Made by a program: the position numbers and the translations under genes. Source: Myxococcota bacterium (lineage in GTDB: Bacteria; Myxococcota; JACRCW01). Taken from it: a stretch of DNA of 16,915 nt. Numbering within the stretch: the stretch's first letter is position 1; every line of letters starts with the position of its first letter. Below the pieces are notes generated by a model, which saw nothing but the letters and a program-made list of their open reading frames with translations, was not told the origin of the DNA and searched no databases. Location: contig JBFMGU010000227.1 in the NCBI GenBank assembly GCA_040752415.1, forward strand, positions 1 through 16,915, given 5' to 3'. This document shows positions 7,234 through 16,777 of the stretch, one piece after another.

Positions 7234-7317
7234 GGGTAGGACCTGCCGCCCTGGTGCGCGAGTTCCGTCGAGGCAATGGGGATCTGTCGTTGCGTTTGGG
7301 GTGACTGGCGCGGGCTT

Positions 7318-9210
7318 TCAGTGACCCCGTGTCAGTCGCAGCAGTTCTTCACCAAAACGCTCCACGCGCGCGGGGCCCAGCCCACGGATGCACAGGAGCG
7401 TTTCCAGGCTCTGCGGTTTCTCGTCGGCAATGGCCTGCAACGTGGCGTTGGGCATCACCATGTACGGCTTCCACTTGAGTCGACGCGCGGTCTGCTGCCG
7501 CCACCGCAGCAACGTGGCATGGAGCGGAGAGACCCCGCGCCCACGACGTCGACGAGGGGTGGTGTCGGCATCCGGGGAGTCCTCACGCGCGCCGCGCACC
7601 GCTTTGTTGGCGGGCCACACCGTGGGGTACTTCACGCCCTTGCGCACCAGCTTGCCACTCGCGAGCAGCCGTTCGATGGCGACGACGAGGGAATCCTCGC
7701 TGTGATGTGCCAGCGCCCCGTGTTGCGGCAGTTTCAGCAGTCCCTTCCGTCGGACATCCGCCGCGTTGCTGCCGCGCAGGGCCTTGGCGAGCGTGAGCTT
7801 CCCCACCGGCTTGCGCAGCGCGTGGGCCGCGCCCAGCACCACCGCGAGCTCCTGGTCGGGCAGCGGGGTCACGTTGGCGGGAGAGGCCTTGGCGCGCTTC
7901 CTTGCCTCGCCTTCCTCGAGCATGGCGCGCACGTCGTGGGGACGGGTGCACACGTCGCAGCGACCGCACGGAGAGGTGAACGCGTCCGCGCCCGCGAAGT
8001 GGCGCACCATGAACACCTGGCGGCAGTCCTGCGCGTGCGCGTAGTCGACGAGCACCTGCAGCGAGGCATCCTTGTGGTCGAGCTGGTTGCGCGTGACCTT
8101 GCCCTTGCGGTGCAGCGCCTGCTGGGTGCGCACGTCGCCGGGGCCGTAGAACAGGAGGCATTCCGCGGGCTCACCGTCCCGCCCCGCACGACCGGCCTCC
8201 TGGTAGTACGCCTCCAGGCTCCCCGGCGCCTGCAGGTGGATCACCGCACGCACATTGGGCTGGTCCACGCCCATCCCGAACGCATTGGTGGCGACGAGAA
8301 CGGGCCGGCGACCGAGCGCGAAGTCGCGTTGCGCACGCTCCCGCGCAGCGTCGGAGAGACCGGCGTGATACGCGCCCACCGCCACCCCGCGCGAGGAGAG
8401 GTGCTCCGCGGCGTCCTCCACCTTCTGCCGCGTGGCCGCGTACAGGATGGCGCGATGCGGACTGTGCGCGCCGCGCAGGCCCCAGCGCTCCAGCACGGTG
8501 AGCGCGTGCTCCAGCCGCTCGGCGTCCTTGGAACGGTGCAGCACCTGGAAGGACAGGTTGGGCCGCTCGAAACCGCCGCGCAGCACGGTGGGCGCGCGCA
8601 GCCTGAGCCGCTGCACCAGGTCCGTGACGACGTCATGCGTGGCGCTGGCCGTGAGCGCCATCATGGGCGCACCGCGCTCCCGTACCGCGTGCAACCCGTT
8701 GGCAATGGTCAGGTATTCCGGGCGGAAGTCATGGCCCCACTGGCTGACGCAGTGCGCCTCGTCGACGACGGCGAGCGCCACCGGCGTCTTCTGCAGCATG
8801 CGCTGGAAGCTGGGCGCGGCGAGACGTTCCGGGGAGAGGTAGAGCAGGTCCAGCCGCTGCGTGAGGAAGTTGGCCTCCACGCGCATCTGCTCCAGCTCAT
8901 CCATGCTGCTGTTGAGCATGGCGGCGCGCACGCCCTTCCCCAGAAGCGCATCCACCTGGTCCTTCATCAGCGAGATGAGCGGCGAGATGACGACGGTGGG
9001 CCCGCGCCCCGCCCGCGCGGCCACGACGGCCGGCACCTGGAAGCACAACGACTTGCCCCCGCCGGTGGGCATCAACACCACGACGTCACGCCCGGCGCAG
9101 CAGTGGTCCACCGCGGCGCGCTGCAGCGGGCGGAAGGCGGAGAAGCCGAACACGCCGCGCAGCACCTCGTCGGGCGTGGGGGGAAGAGGGGTGGTGACGT
9201 CGACGCTCAC
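7318..9210 (-). CDS. recQ: ATP-dependent DNA helicase RecQ
   Basis: Motif 0 (VFGFSAFRPLQ), Walker A (MPTGGGKSLC), VDEAHCVSQWGHDFRPEY, ALTASA, ATNAFGMGVD, YYQEAGRAGRDG, Zn site (CRQ...CGRCDVC), a winged-helix region and one C-terminal HRDC-like domain. The GTG start is uncertain. Confidence 0.95.
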   Translation of the reverse strand: MSVDVTTPLPPTPDEVLRGVFGFSAFRPLQRAAVDHCCAGRDVVVLMPTGGGKSLCFQVPAVVAARAGRGPTVVISPLISLMKDQVDALLGKGVRAAMLNSSMDELEQMRVEANFLTQRLDLLYLSPERLAAPSFQRMLQKTPVALAVVDEAHCVSQWGHDFRPEYLTIANGLHAVRERGAPMMALTASATHDVVTDLVQRLRLRAPTVLRGGFERPNLSFQVLHRSKDAERLEHALTVLERWGLRGAHSPHRAILYAATRQKVEDAAEHLSSRGVAVGAYHAGLSDAARERAQRDFALGRRPVLVATNAFGMGVDQPNVRAVIHLQAPGSLEAYYQEAGRAGRDGEPAECLLFYGPGDVRTQQALHRKGKVTRNQLDHKDASLQVLVDYAHAQDCRQVFMVRHFAGADAFTSPCGRCDVCTRPHDVRAMLEEGEARKRAKASPANVTPLPDQELAVVLGAAHALRKPVGKLTLAKALRGSNAADVRRKGLLKLPQHGALAHHSEDSLVVAIERLLASGKLVRKGVKYPTVWPANKAVRGAREDSPDADTTPRRRRGRGVSPLHATLLRWRQQTARRLKWKPYMVMPNATLQAIADEKPQSLETLLCIRGLGPARVERFGEELLRLTRGH

Positions 9211-9230
9211 ACCGGCGTCATGACGCAGCT

Positions 9231-9246
9231 CTGAACAAATGTCCAG
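9231..9246 (-). promoter_or_regulatory. Candidate Myxococcus-type LexA (SOS) operator upstream of recQ
   Basis: The minus strand reads CTGGACATTTGTTCAG, a near-palindrome of CTGAAC-N4-GTTCAG. It matches 15 of 17 positions of the M. xanthus LexA consensus as I recall it (CTRHAMRYBYGTTCAGS) and lies in the 39 bp gap before recQ. Confidence 0.6.
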
Positions 9247-9249
9247 CGC

Positions 9250-10074
9250 TCAGGTGGCGTAGCGACGGACCATCTCCGGCAGGAGCTCCAGCGCGCGGGG
9301 GCCGGGCTGCGCGTCGGCGTACAACCAGGAGGGCGACTCCGCGCGGTGGGTGAGCGCCGGCATGATGGCGCAGCCGCCCCAACGACGCATGAGCAGGTTC
9401 TGCACCAGCGCCTCCTCACCGACGTGACGCGGCGGCAGGCGGGGCCAGAAGGAGAAGCCGCCCACGGTGAGGAGCTTGCGCCGGTCGTACATCACGCAGC
9501 CGGCCACCCACGCCACCTTGTAGCGACGCACGGTACCGGGCGGGAGGTGGTGGGCCGCGTCCATGGTGGCGCCGTCCAGGTGCAGGCGAGTGCGTTCCCA
9601 CTCGGGAGAGTCCGGTTCCAGCGTCTCCGGACGCACGGGCCCGTTCCACAGCTCCAGCGGCGGCGCCGCGGCGGTGGCGCGACGGTGCATCCACTCCGCC
9701 GAGGGGAACGCACCGACGAAGCCGCAGCGTTCCGCCTGCAAGGTGTGCAACAGGCGCTGCACCACCGGTGGTTCCATGTACACGTCGTCGTCGAGGAACA
9801 GCACGACGTCCGCGCGGGCGTGACGCAGCAGGTAGTCGCGTTGTTCCGCGAGCATGGGAGAGGCCGCGCGCTGGTGCCAGTCCACCTCGCCGCCACGCGA
9901 CTCGATGATGCGGCACAGCGAGCGGATCACGCGGTCCTCACGCGCGGGGCGGTCGCCGTGGTCCGCCACGAGGACGCGCAGGGACGCGTGGGTCTGCGCC
10001 GTCACGCCGGACAGGGTGGAGATGAGCGCCGGCACGCGGTTGGCGGTGGGAATGAGGATGTCCACCGTGGTCAT
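9250..10074 (-). CDS. Glycosyltransferase family 2 (GT-A fold)
   Basis: VDILIPTANR, VLVAD, DxD motif (VLFLDDDV), AWVAGCVMYDR..L..VGGF and GEE acceptor-site motif. ATGA overlap with the upstream radical-SAM-like gene. Confidence 0.9.
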   Translation of the reverse strand: MTTVDILIPTANRVPALISTLSGVTAQTHASLRVLVADHGDRPAREDRVIRSLCRIIESRGGEVDWHQRAASPMLAEQRDYLLRHARADVVLFLDDDVYMEPPVVQRLLHTLQAERCGFVGAFPSAEWMHRRATAAAPPLELWNGPVRPETLEPDSPEWERTRLHLDGATMDAAHHLPPGTVRRYKVAWVAGCVMYDRRKLLTVGGFSFWPRLPPRHVGEEALVQNLLMRRWGGCAIMPALTHRAESPSWLYADAQPGPRALELLPEMVRRYAT

Positions 10075-10769
10075 GGGTTGCCTCGGGGTGAGCAGGATGG
10101 GGTTTCACAAGGACACGCGCGGCAGGGCGCCGCCGAGCAGGTGTTGGATGGGATGAGCTGCAGGTCCACACGCAGCTCACCGGCCACGCGCTGGGCCTCC
10201 TGGATGCAACGGGTGAGCCGCGCCTCGTCGTCAAACTGCAGGACGCGGCACGCGTGCGGGATGGTGACGCCTTCCGCCTCCCAGTGACGGGCCAGGCGGA
10301 CCACGTCGGGAATCTCCTCCACGTTGTGCGGTGTCACGGCCACGGTGAGACGCAGGCGCGGCAGGCGGGTGCCGAGTCTTTCCCGCGCGTCCAGCAGGCT
10401 CTGGATGTTCCGCACCACGCGGTGAAAGCGCATGCGTCCGCCCAGGCGTCCCCAGGTCTCCTCGGTGGCGCCGGCCAGGGGCACATGCACGACGTGCAGG
10501 CCGCTCCGGATCAACTGCTCCGCCCGACGAGGACCCAGCGCCCCGAGCGTGCTCTCCGTGCTGACGAGGATGCCCAGGTGGGAGGCGTACGCCACCATGT
10601 CCAGGAAGCGCGGGTGCCACATGGGCTCATGCTGGCCGTGGAGGTGGAGCTCCTCGACGCCGCGCGACGTGGTGACGAGGCGCGTGAACTCCTCGAAGTC
10701 CATGAAGGTTGGTACGCCGTGGGAGCTTTGTGCCACCGGCTCCAGCCGCATGTTCCCCGGGAGCTCCAT
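10071..10769 (-). CDS. Radical-SAM-like protein lacking the CxxxCxxC motif (degenerate or pseudoenzyme), 232 aa
   Basis: The likely start is the ATG at 10769 behind GGGAGGAG. It has the radical-SAM barrel pattern (LEPVAQ, FMDFEEF, LHLHGQHEPMWHPRFLDMVAYA, SGL..V..LAGAT.ET, F.RVVRNI, NVEEIPDVVRLA), but there is no Cys between strand 1 and MDF. Confidence 0.75.
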   Translation of the reverse strand: MELPGNMRLEPVAQSSHGVPTFMDFEEFTRLVTTSRGVEELHLHGQHEPMWHPRFLDMVAYASHLGILVSTESTLGALGPRRAEQLIRSGLHVVHVPLAGATEETWGRLGGRMRFHRVVRNIQSLLDARERLGTRLPRLRLTVAVTPHNVEEIPDVVRLARHWEAEGVTIPHACRVLQFDDEARLTRCIQEAQRVAGELRVDLQLIPSNTCSAAPCRACPCETPSCSPRGNP

Positions 10770-10809
10770 GAACTCCTCCCAGCGGATCAACGTAGCGACC
10801 GACACCCAC

Positions 10810-10847
10810 CCACGCCGCAGGTGATTCCACGCGGGCGTGCGGCGTGG
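10810..10847. terminator. 10 bp inverted repeat downstream of pepQ (possible terminator or stabilising hairpin)
   Basis: CCACGCCGCA (10810-10819) pairs with TGCGGCGTGG (10838-10847) around an 18 nt loop. No U-tract. Confidence 0.3.
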
Positions 10848-10873
10848 CCGCTCGTCAACCGTTCAAGGGAGGG

Positions 10874-12202
<1,329 letters not shown>

Positions 12203-12233
12203 GAGGTGATGATGGGAAGAGACGGCGTGCGCG

Positions 12234-15020
12234 TCAACCTTTCCTGCGCTGCCTCAGGCCCAGGCCACGGTCCACGGTGGCGTTCTCCCCGCCGGTGGGC
12301 GCGGGCTCCACACCCATGCGACCCAACCGCTCGAGCATCCCGCTTGCCAGCTGCCGCACCTCCGCGCCGATGTGCTTGTTGGCGGCGAGAAGACGCAGCT
12401 GCTCCCGACTGACGAGGGGAAGGAAACCGCGCGCCACGTGCGCCGGCGTCTTGGGATTCTGCAGCAGGGCCAGGCGGGGCGCGTCCTTGCGGAAGAGCCG
12501 CTTGTTGCGCGCCAGCTCGGTGAGGACGGCGCGGTGGATGGTGGCAATGCGCAGGTAGCGCGTGACGTCTTCCAGGCGCAGCAGGTGCGGCAACGTCTCG
12601 CGCGCCACGCGTTCATTGGTGTGCGTGACGAAGTACGCGAGGAAGTGGCCCTCCCGCGCCAGCTTGCGCTGGATGGGCAGCGGGATGTCGCGCATGGTCT
12701 CGGGGAGTTGCGTCTCGGTGACGCCTTCCGCCTGGAACTCCGCGAGCGCTTCGCCGTAGGCGTCGTCGGCGGGTGGCTCCACGCCGAGGGCCGCGCAGCG
12801 CGCGCGCAACGTCCGCTCAATGGCCAGCAGCGGCTCGAAGACGATGTCCTCGTGGAAGCACGGCACCGAGAAGCACAGGTGCAACAGGAGGAAGGCCTCG
12901 GCGAGGTCGTCGCGGTGGCTCACGGCCTGGAGGCTGTCGCGGGTGCAGAGGAAGAAGACCTTCAGGTACTCGTTGGGGGCCTGGTCCTTCACGCGCGCGA
13001 AGATGACCCGCAGCGCGCCGGTGGGCGTTCGCGGATACGCAATCACGTTCCACATCCCGCTGAGCGGCACGCGTTGCGCGGCATGCGCGCGGAGCACGGG
13101 AAGCGGGTGCACCAGCAGGCAGCGCCAGAGGATGGCCCGCGCCTCGTCGTCACGGACGCCTTCCACGATCTCCGCGGCCTGCTCCACCAATGCGTCCGTG
13201 GGCAGCAGGAACAAGCGCGCGAGCACGCCGTAGGGCGCCGCCTCCGACGTGGTGGGGTTGCTGGCGAGGATGGGCAGGAGCCGGAAGGCGCGTGCGGAGG
13301 GATGGAGCTCCAGCAGCAGCAACGTGTCCGCGTGACGCCACAAAGCCTGCGCCAGGCGACGCGCGAGGTCTCCGCCGGTGGCCAGGCATGCCACCAGCGC
13401 GTCGAGGTTGTCGCGGAGGAGGGCCTCCAGCGCGTCGACGCTGTCCAGCGCGTCCCGGCTCTCCAGCCTCTCCGTCAGCTCCAGCAGCGCGCGCTCGTTC
13501 TGCGACTGCAGGGGATTCAGCCATGAGAGCGCGGGGCCGGGCTCCGGTCGGAGTGGCGTGCCGGGAAGGCGTGCGCGCAGGGACTGGACGATGGCGCCGG
13601 CGCTGACGTTGGCGCGGGTCCAGAGCGCGAGCAGGTAGTCGAGGTACTCGTCGGCGGCGGGACTGTGGCGCTCCATGCCGTGCAGCTGTCGACTGATCCG
13701 CGCCGTCAAGCGGTCCAGCTCGCCCGCCAGCTCGTCAATGAGCGTGGAATCCACGTCGGAACCCGCGCCACCCTGCTCCAACCGACGCGCCAGGGTCGAC
13801 AACGTCGTCGAGAGGGAAAGGAGCCGCTCACGCGCTTGCAGGTAGTGCTCCTCGTTGTCGGGAGCGTTGGCCCACGCGGTTAGCTCGCGCTCGAGGTCCC
13901 CCAACGTCGCCACCGCACCCTGGAGCTGGGGAGGCAACGGCACCGCGCCCTCACCACCATCCAGCGACGCGACGGCAAGGCGCAGCTCCCGCGCGAGTTC
14001 GAGCACACTGGCAGGTCGGTCCTCCTCGCGCAGGGAGAGCGCGCGCTGCAGGATCTCGTCGAGACGCAACGGCACCTCGACGCCGGCTTCCCGCAAGGAG
14101 GGACGCTCACCGCTCAAGCGCCCGGCAATGACCTCGTCATCGTCGCCTTCGAACGGCAAACGGCCGGCCAGCAGCCGCCAGATCAACGTGCCCACCGCGC
14201 ACACGTCCGTCCGACGGGAAACGCGCCCGCCGGTCATCTGCTCCGGCGCCATGTACGGGATGGTCCCCACCATGAAACCCGCTTCCGTGATGGGGCCGCG
14301 CGCGGTGTCGTCGTCGGAGGAATCTCCGGCGCCGCCGCGGACTTCCAGAACCTCGTCGAGGAAGTCCACCTCCGTGCTCTCGGTGAGTCGCCGCGTGAGC
14401 GCCAGCCGGTCCTGCACCGCCTGCTCGCTAAGCTCCACGAACTTGGCGATGCCGAAGTCCAGCACCTTCACAATCTGGGTTCCGTCGCGGAGGCGCTCCA
14501 GGAAGACGTTGGAGGGCTTGATGTCGCGGTGCACCACGCCCACCTGGTGGGCCTCCTCCACGGCTTCACACAGCGGCGTGATGATGCGCTCCACCTCGCG
14601 CAGCGGGAGACGCGGCGTCTGCTCCAGCAGGGTCTCCAGCGACTGGCCGCGCAGGAACTCGGTGACGAGGTAGGGAATGGCCGCGGTGCCGCGCTGCTCG
14701 ACGCGGAAGTCCATCACCAGCACCGCGTTGGGGTGCTTGATCTGTCCCAGGATCTGCGCCTCGCGGTGGAAGCGGGCCAGCGCCACGCGCAGCTCCTCCT
14801 TGCGCGGCTGCATCAGCTTCACGGCGACAGTGGAGCCCACCTGCAGGTGCGTGGCCCGGAACACCACGCCCATGGCGCCGGCGGCCATGCGCTGCTCCAG
14901 CAGGTAACGGTCGCCCAGCACGCGCGGTCCGCTGAAAGGAGACTCGAGCAGGCCTCCGTCGTACGCGCAGAGGTCGTGCTCGTCGTCAAAGCAGGCACCG
15001 CAGGTCTGGCAGATGTTCAT
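12234..15020 (-). CDS. Large cytoplasmic Hanks-type Ser/Thr protein kinase with helical C-terminal region, 928 aa
   Basis: The likely start is the ATG at 15020 (MNICQTCG). N-terminal CxxC...CxxD zinc-ribbon-like motif, followed by AGAMGVV, VAVK, RFHREA, HRDIKPSN, KVLDFG and GTIPYMAPE. No obvious TM segment. The C-terminus has LLQNPKTP-type helical repeats. Confidence 0.93.
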   Translation of the reverse strand: MNICQTCGACFDDEHDLCAYDGGLLESPFSGPRVLGDRYLLEQRMAAGAMGVVFRATHLQVGSTVAVKLMQPRKEELRVALARFHREAQILGQIKHPNAVLVMDFRVEQRGTAAIPYLVTEFLRGQSLETLLEQTPRLPLREVERIITPLCEAVEEAHQVGVVHRDIKPSNVFLERLRDGTQIVKVLDFGIAKFVELSEQAVQDRLALTRRLTESTEVDFLDEVLEVRGGAGDSSDDDTARGPITEAGFMVGTIPYMAPEQMTGGRVSRRTDVCAVGTLIWRLLAGRLPFEGDDDEVIAGRLSGERPSLREAGVEVPLRLDEILQRALSLREEDRPASVLELARELRLAVASLDGGEGAVPLPPQLQGAVATLGDLERELTAWANAPDNEEHYLQARERLLSLSTTLSTLARRLEQGGAGSDVDSTLIDELAGELDRLTARISRQLHGMERHSPAADEYLDYLLALWTRANVSAGAIVQSLRARLPGTPLRPEPGPALSWLNPLQSQNERALLELTERLESRDALDSVDALEALLRDNLDALVACLATGGDLARRLAQALWRHADTLLLLELHPSARAFRLLPILASNPTTSEAAPYGVLARLFLLPTDALVEQAAEIVEGVRDDEARAILWRCLLVHPLPVLRAHAAQRVPLSGMWNVIAYPRTPTGALRVIFARVKDQAPNEYLKVFFLCTRDSLQAVSHRDDLAEAFLLLHLCFSVPCFHEDIVFEPLLAIERTLRARCAALGVEPPADDAYGEALAEFQAEGVTETQLPETMRDIPLPIQRKLAREGHFLAYFVTHTNERVARETLPHLLRLEDVTRYLRIATIHRAVLTELARNKRLFRKDAPRLALLQNPKTPAHVARGFLPLVSREQLRLLAANKHIGAEVRQLASGMLERLGRMGVEPAPTGGENATVDRGLGLRQRRKG

Positions 15021-15143
15021 GGCCGCGTGGCAGCAAGGTTGCCCCGACGCGGGAGCACGGCGCAACGCAGGGGACGTGGCGCAAGGCGTTCGGTGGGTGT
15101 GGGAGGGGGAGGTGGACGCCGGAAGGAGGCGGCGCCTTCCAGT

Positions 15144-16235
15144 TCACTCCGCGCTGATCATGAAGTTGCCACGGACCTCGTCCTCGGAAGCGGTCCAGCG
15201 CGCCACGAACTCGAACTCACGGCGCTCATAGCTGTTGGGGTCGGAGCGCAGGATGAGGGTGAGCTCGTCGGCGGAGTCGCGGAACTCCCAGCCGTCCGGC
15301 GTGCCCACGAACGCCGCGAGGCGCGGGACCTCGGGGCCGTTGGCACGCGTGTACGTCTCCGGCTGGTCCTGCTCCATGTACATCCACTCCATGCCGCCGG
15401 TGGTGGACAGCACCAGGTGCACGGTCTTCTCGCCGGTGTTGGCCGTGAGGCTCACGCTCTGGAAGGGACCGTCATACCGACCGGAGGCGTTCTCCACGCG
15501 CGCGTCCATGCCACGCACGTCGGCAAGGGTGCCGCGCAGGCGGCCACCAACGACACCCACCGCGGGGGCCCAGCCGTACCCGTCGTCGGTGACGGTGGTG
15601 GGAAGGCGCGCGGTGAAGGAGCCGTGGACCTCCAGCGGCTCGTCGCTGCCAGCGGTCCAACGGAACCAGCGCGCGGTGTAGTTGTACACGCGGGTGTCCG
15701 GCTCCGGGCCCTCCTCGACGGCGATGATCACCTCGTCAGCGGGCTCGTCGTAGTCCTCACCGGCGTATTCCTCACCGGTGCAGCCCCACACGCTGGCCAC
15801 CACGCTGGTGTTTGTGGAGAGCGAGGGGAAGGTGAGACGCGCGCCCGGGACCAGCACGGGATCCCGCAGGCTGCCCTCGATGTTCACCACCGTCATGGCC
15901 AGCTCCGAGCCGGTGTCGACGGTGACCTCGATGGTGTTGCTCTCACCGGCCTCCACCACGGTGACGTCGGAAGCCTGGTGGTCCAACCCGCGCACCGGGC
16001 CGATGTCCCCGCGCAGGAAACCGCCCATCACCTCGAGCGCGCCGCACTCCGCGCACCAATCACCGGGGTCGTCGGTGGGAATCTCGTCGATGATCGGGTC
16101 CTGCTCGTCGGGAAGCGTGCGCTGCGGACGTTCGCTGGGGGCGTTGCTCTCCGTCTCCTGAGCGGGCTCATCCACCGGCGCACACGCCAGGACCGCACAC
16201 ACCGCAAGCAGCGAAGCAGAACGCACGCTCTTCAT
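15144..16235 (-). CDS. Hypothetical lipoprotein with two tandem beta-rich internal repeats
   Basis: RBS GAGGAGG, signal peptide with lipobox VLAC, acidic Pro-rich linker, and two homologous domains of about 135 aa. Confidence 0.85.
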   Translation of the reverse strand: MKSVRSASLLAVCAVLACAPVDEPAQETESNAPSERPQRTLPDEQDPIIDEIPTDDPGDWCAECGALEVMGGFLRGDIGPVRGLDHQASDVTVVEAGESNTIEVTVDTGSELAMTVVNIEGSLRDPVLVPGARLTFPSLSTNTSVVASVWGCTGEEYAGEDYDEPADEVIIAVEEGPEPDTRVYNYTARWFRWTAGSDEPLEVHGSFTARLPTTVTDDGYGWAPAVGVVGGRLRGTLADVRGMDARVENASGRYDGPFQSVSLTANTGEKTVHLVLSTTGGMEWMYMEQDQPETYTRANGPEVPRLAAFVGTPDGWEFRDSADELTLILRSDPNSYERREFEFVARWTASEDEVRGNFMISAE

Positions 16236-16650
16236 CCACCGCCTCCTCGAGAGAAGCCGACCAACGGGCCAGCAGTGACGAGCATGATAACGATCCGCAC
16301 GGATTCCGCGATGTCGTCAGAGGTAAGCCCCGCTCCGCTACGACGACAACGCGACGCGTGACACGGCTTCAAGACGCGGCGCGCACGTCGTAAACCGCTG
16401 AAACTCCGTCGGATTGCGATGGGCCGAACGATGGCGCGGCGACGGGAATGGGCGATGTGGGAGGGAGAACCACGTCGAGAGCGTGCGGGATCCGCGGGCG
16501 GATCAGGGTTCAAAGGCGGCGCCAAGACAGGGTCCCCAGGCTTTGTGCGGTGACGCCGGCGAACACCTGGATTGCGTCGGAACAATCTGCCCATGTTGGC
16601 GGGGCGGGCGAACACCTAACCCCCCCACGTTCACGCCGTTGCGCTCGCTC

Positions 16651-16777
16651 GCCCCCCTTCCCCACACCCGCTGCGTCGTCGTCACCCAATGCGGGGAAGG
16701 GGGGCAAACGATGGGCGCTGACTCCATTTTCCGACGAGAAGTCGCCCCCAGACCAGTGCGTGCCCCCCTTCCCCGCA
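16651..16777. repeat. Three alternating-orientation copies of TGCCCCCCTTCCCCGCA
   Basis: A: 16651-16666 GCCCCCCTTCCCCACA (+). B: 16690-16706 TGCGGGGAAGGGGGGCA (-). C: 16761-16777 TGCCCCCCTTCCCCGCA (+). B and C are a perfect 17 bp inverted repeat. Confidence 0.9.

Noticed and set aside
7318..9210. RecQ as part of an anti-phage defence system
   Set aside because: It has the ordinary helicase-RQC-HRDC architecture with no DprA/PRTase or other defence partner adjacent.
15119..15142. Hairpin GGAAGG-N8-CCTTCC after the lipoprotein stop as a terminator
   Set aside because: The stem is short and lacks a U-tract, so support is insufficient.
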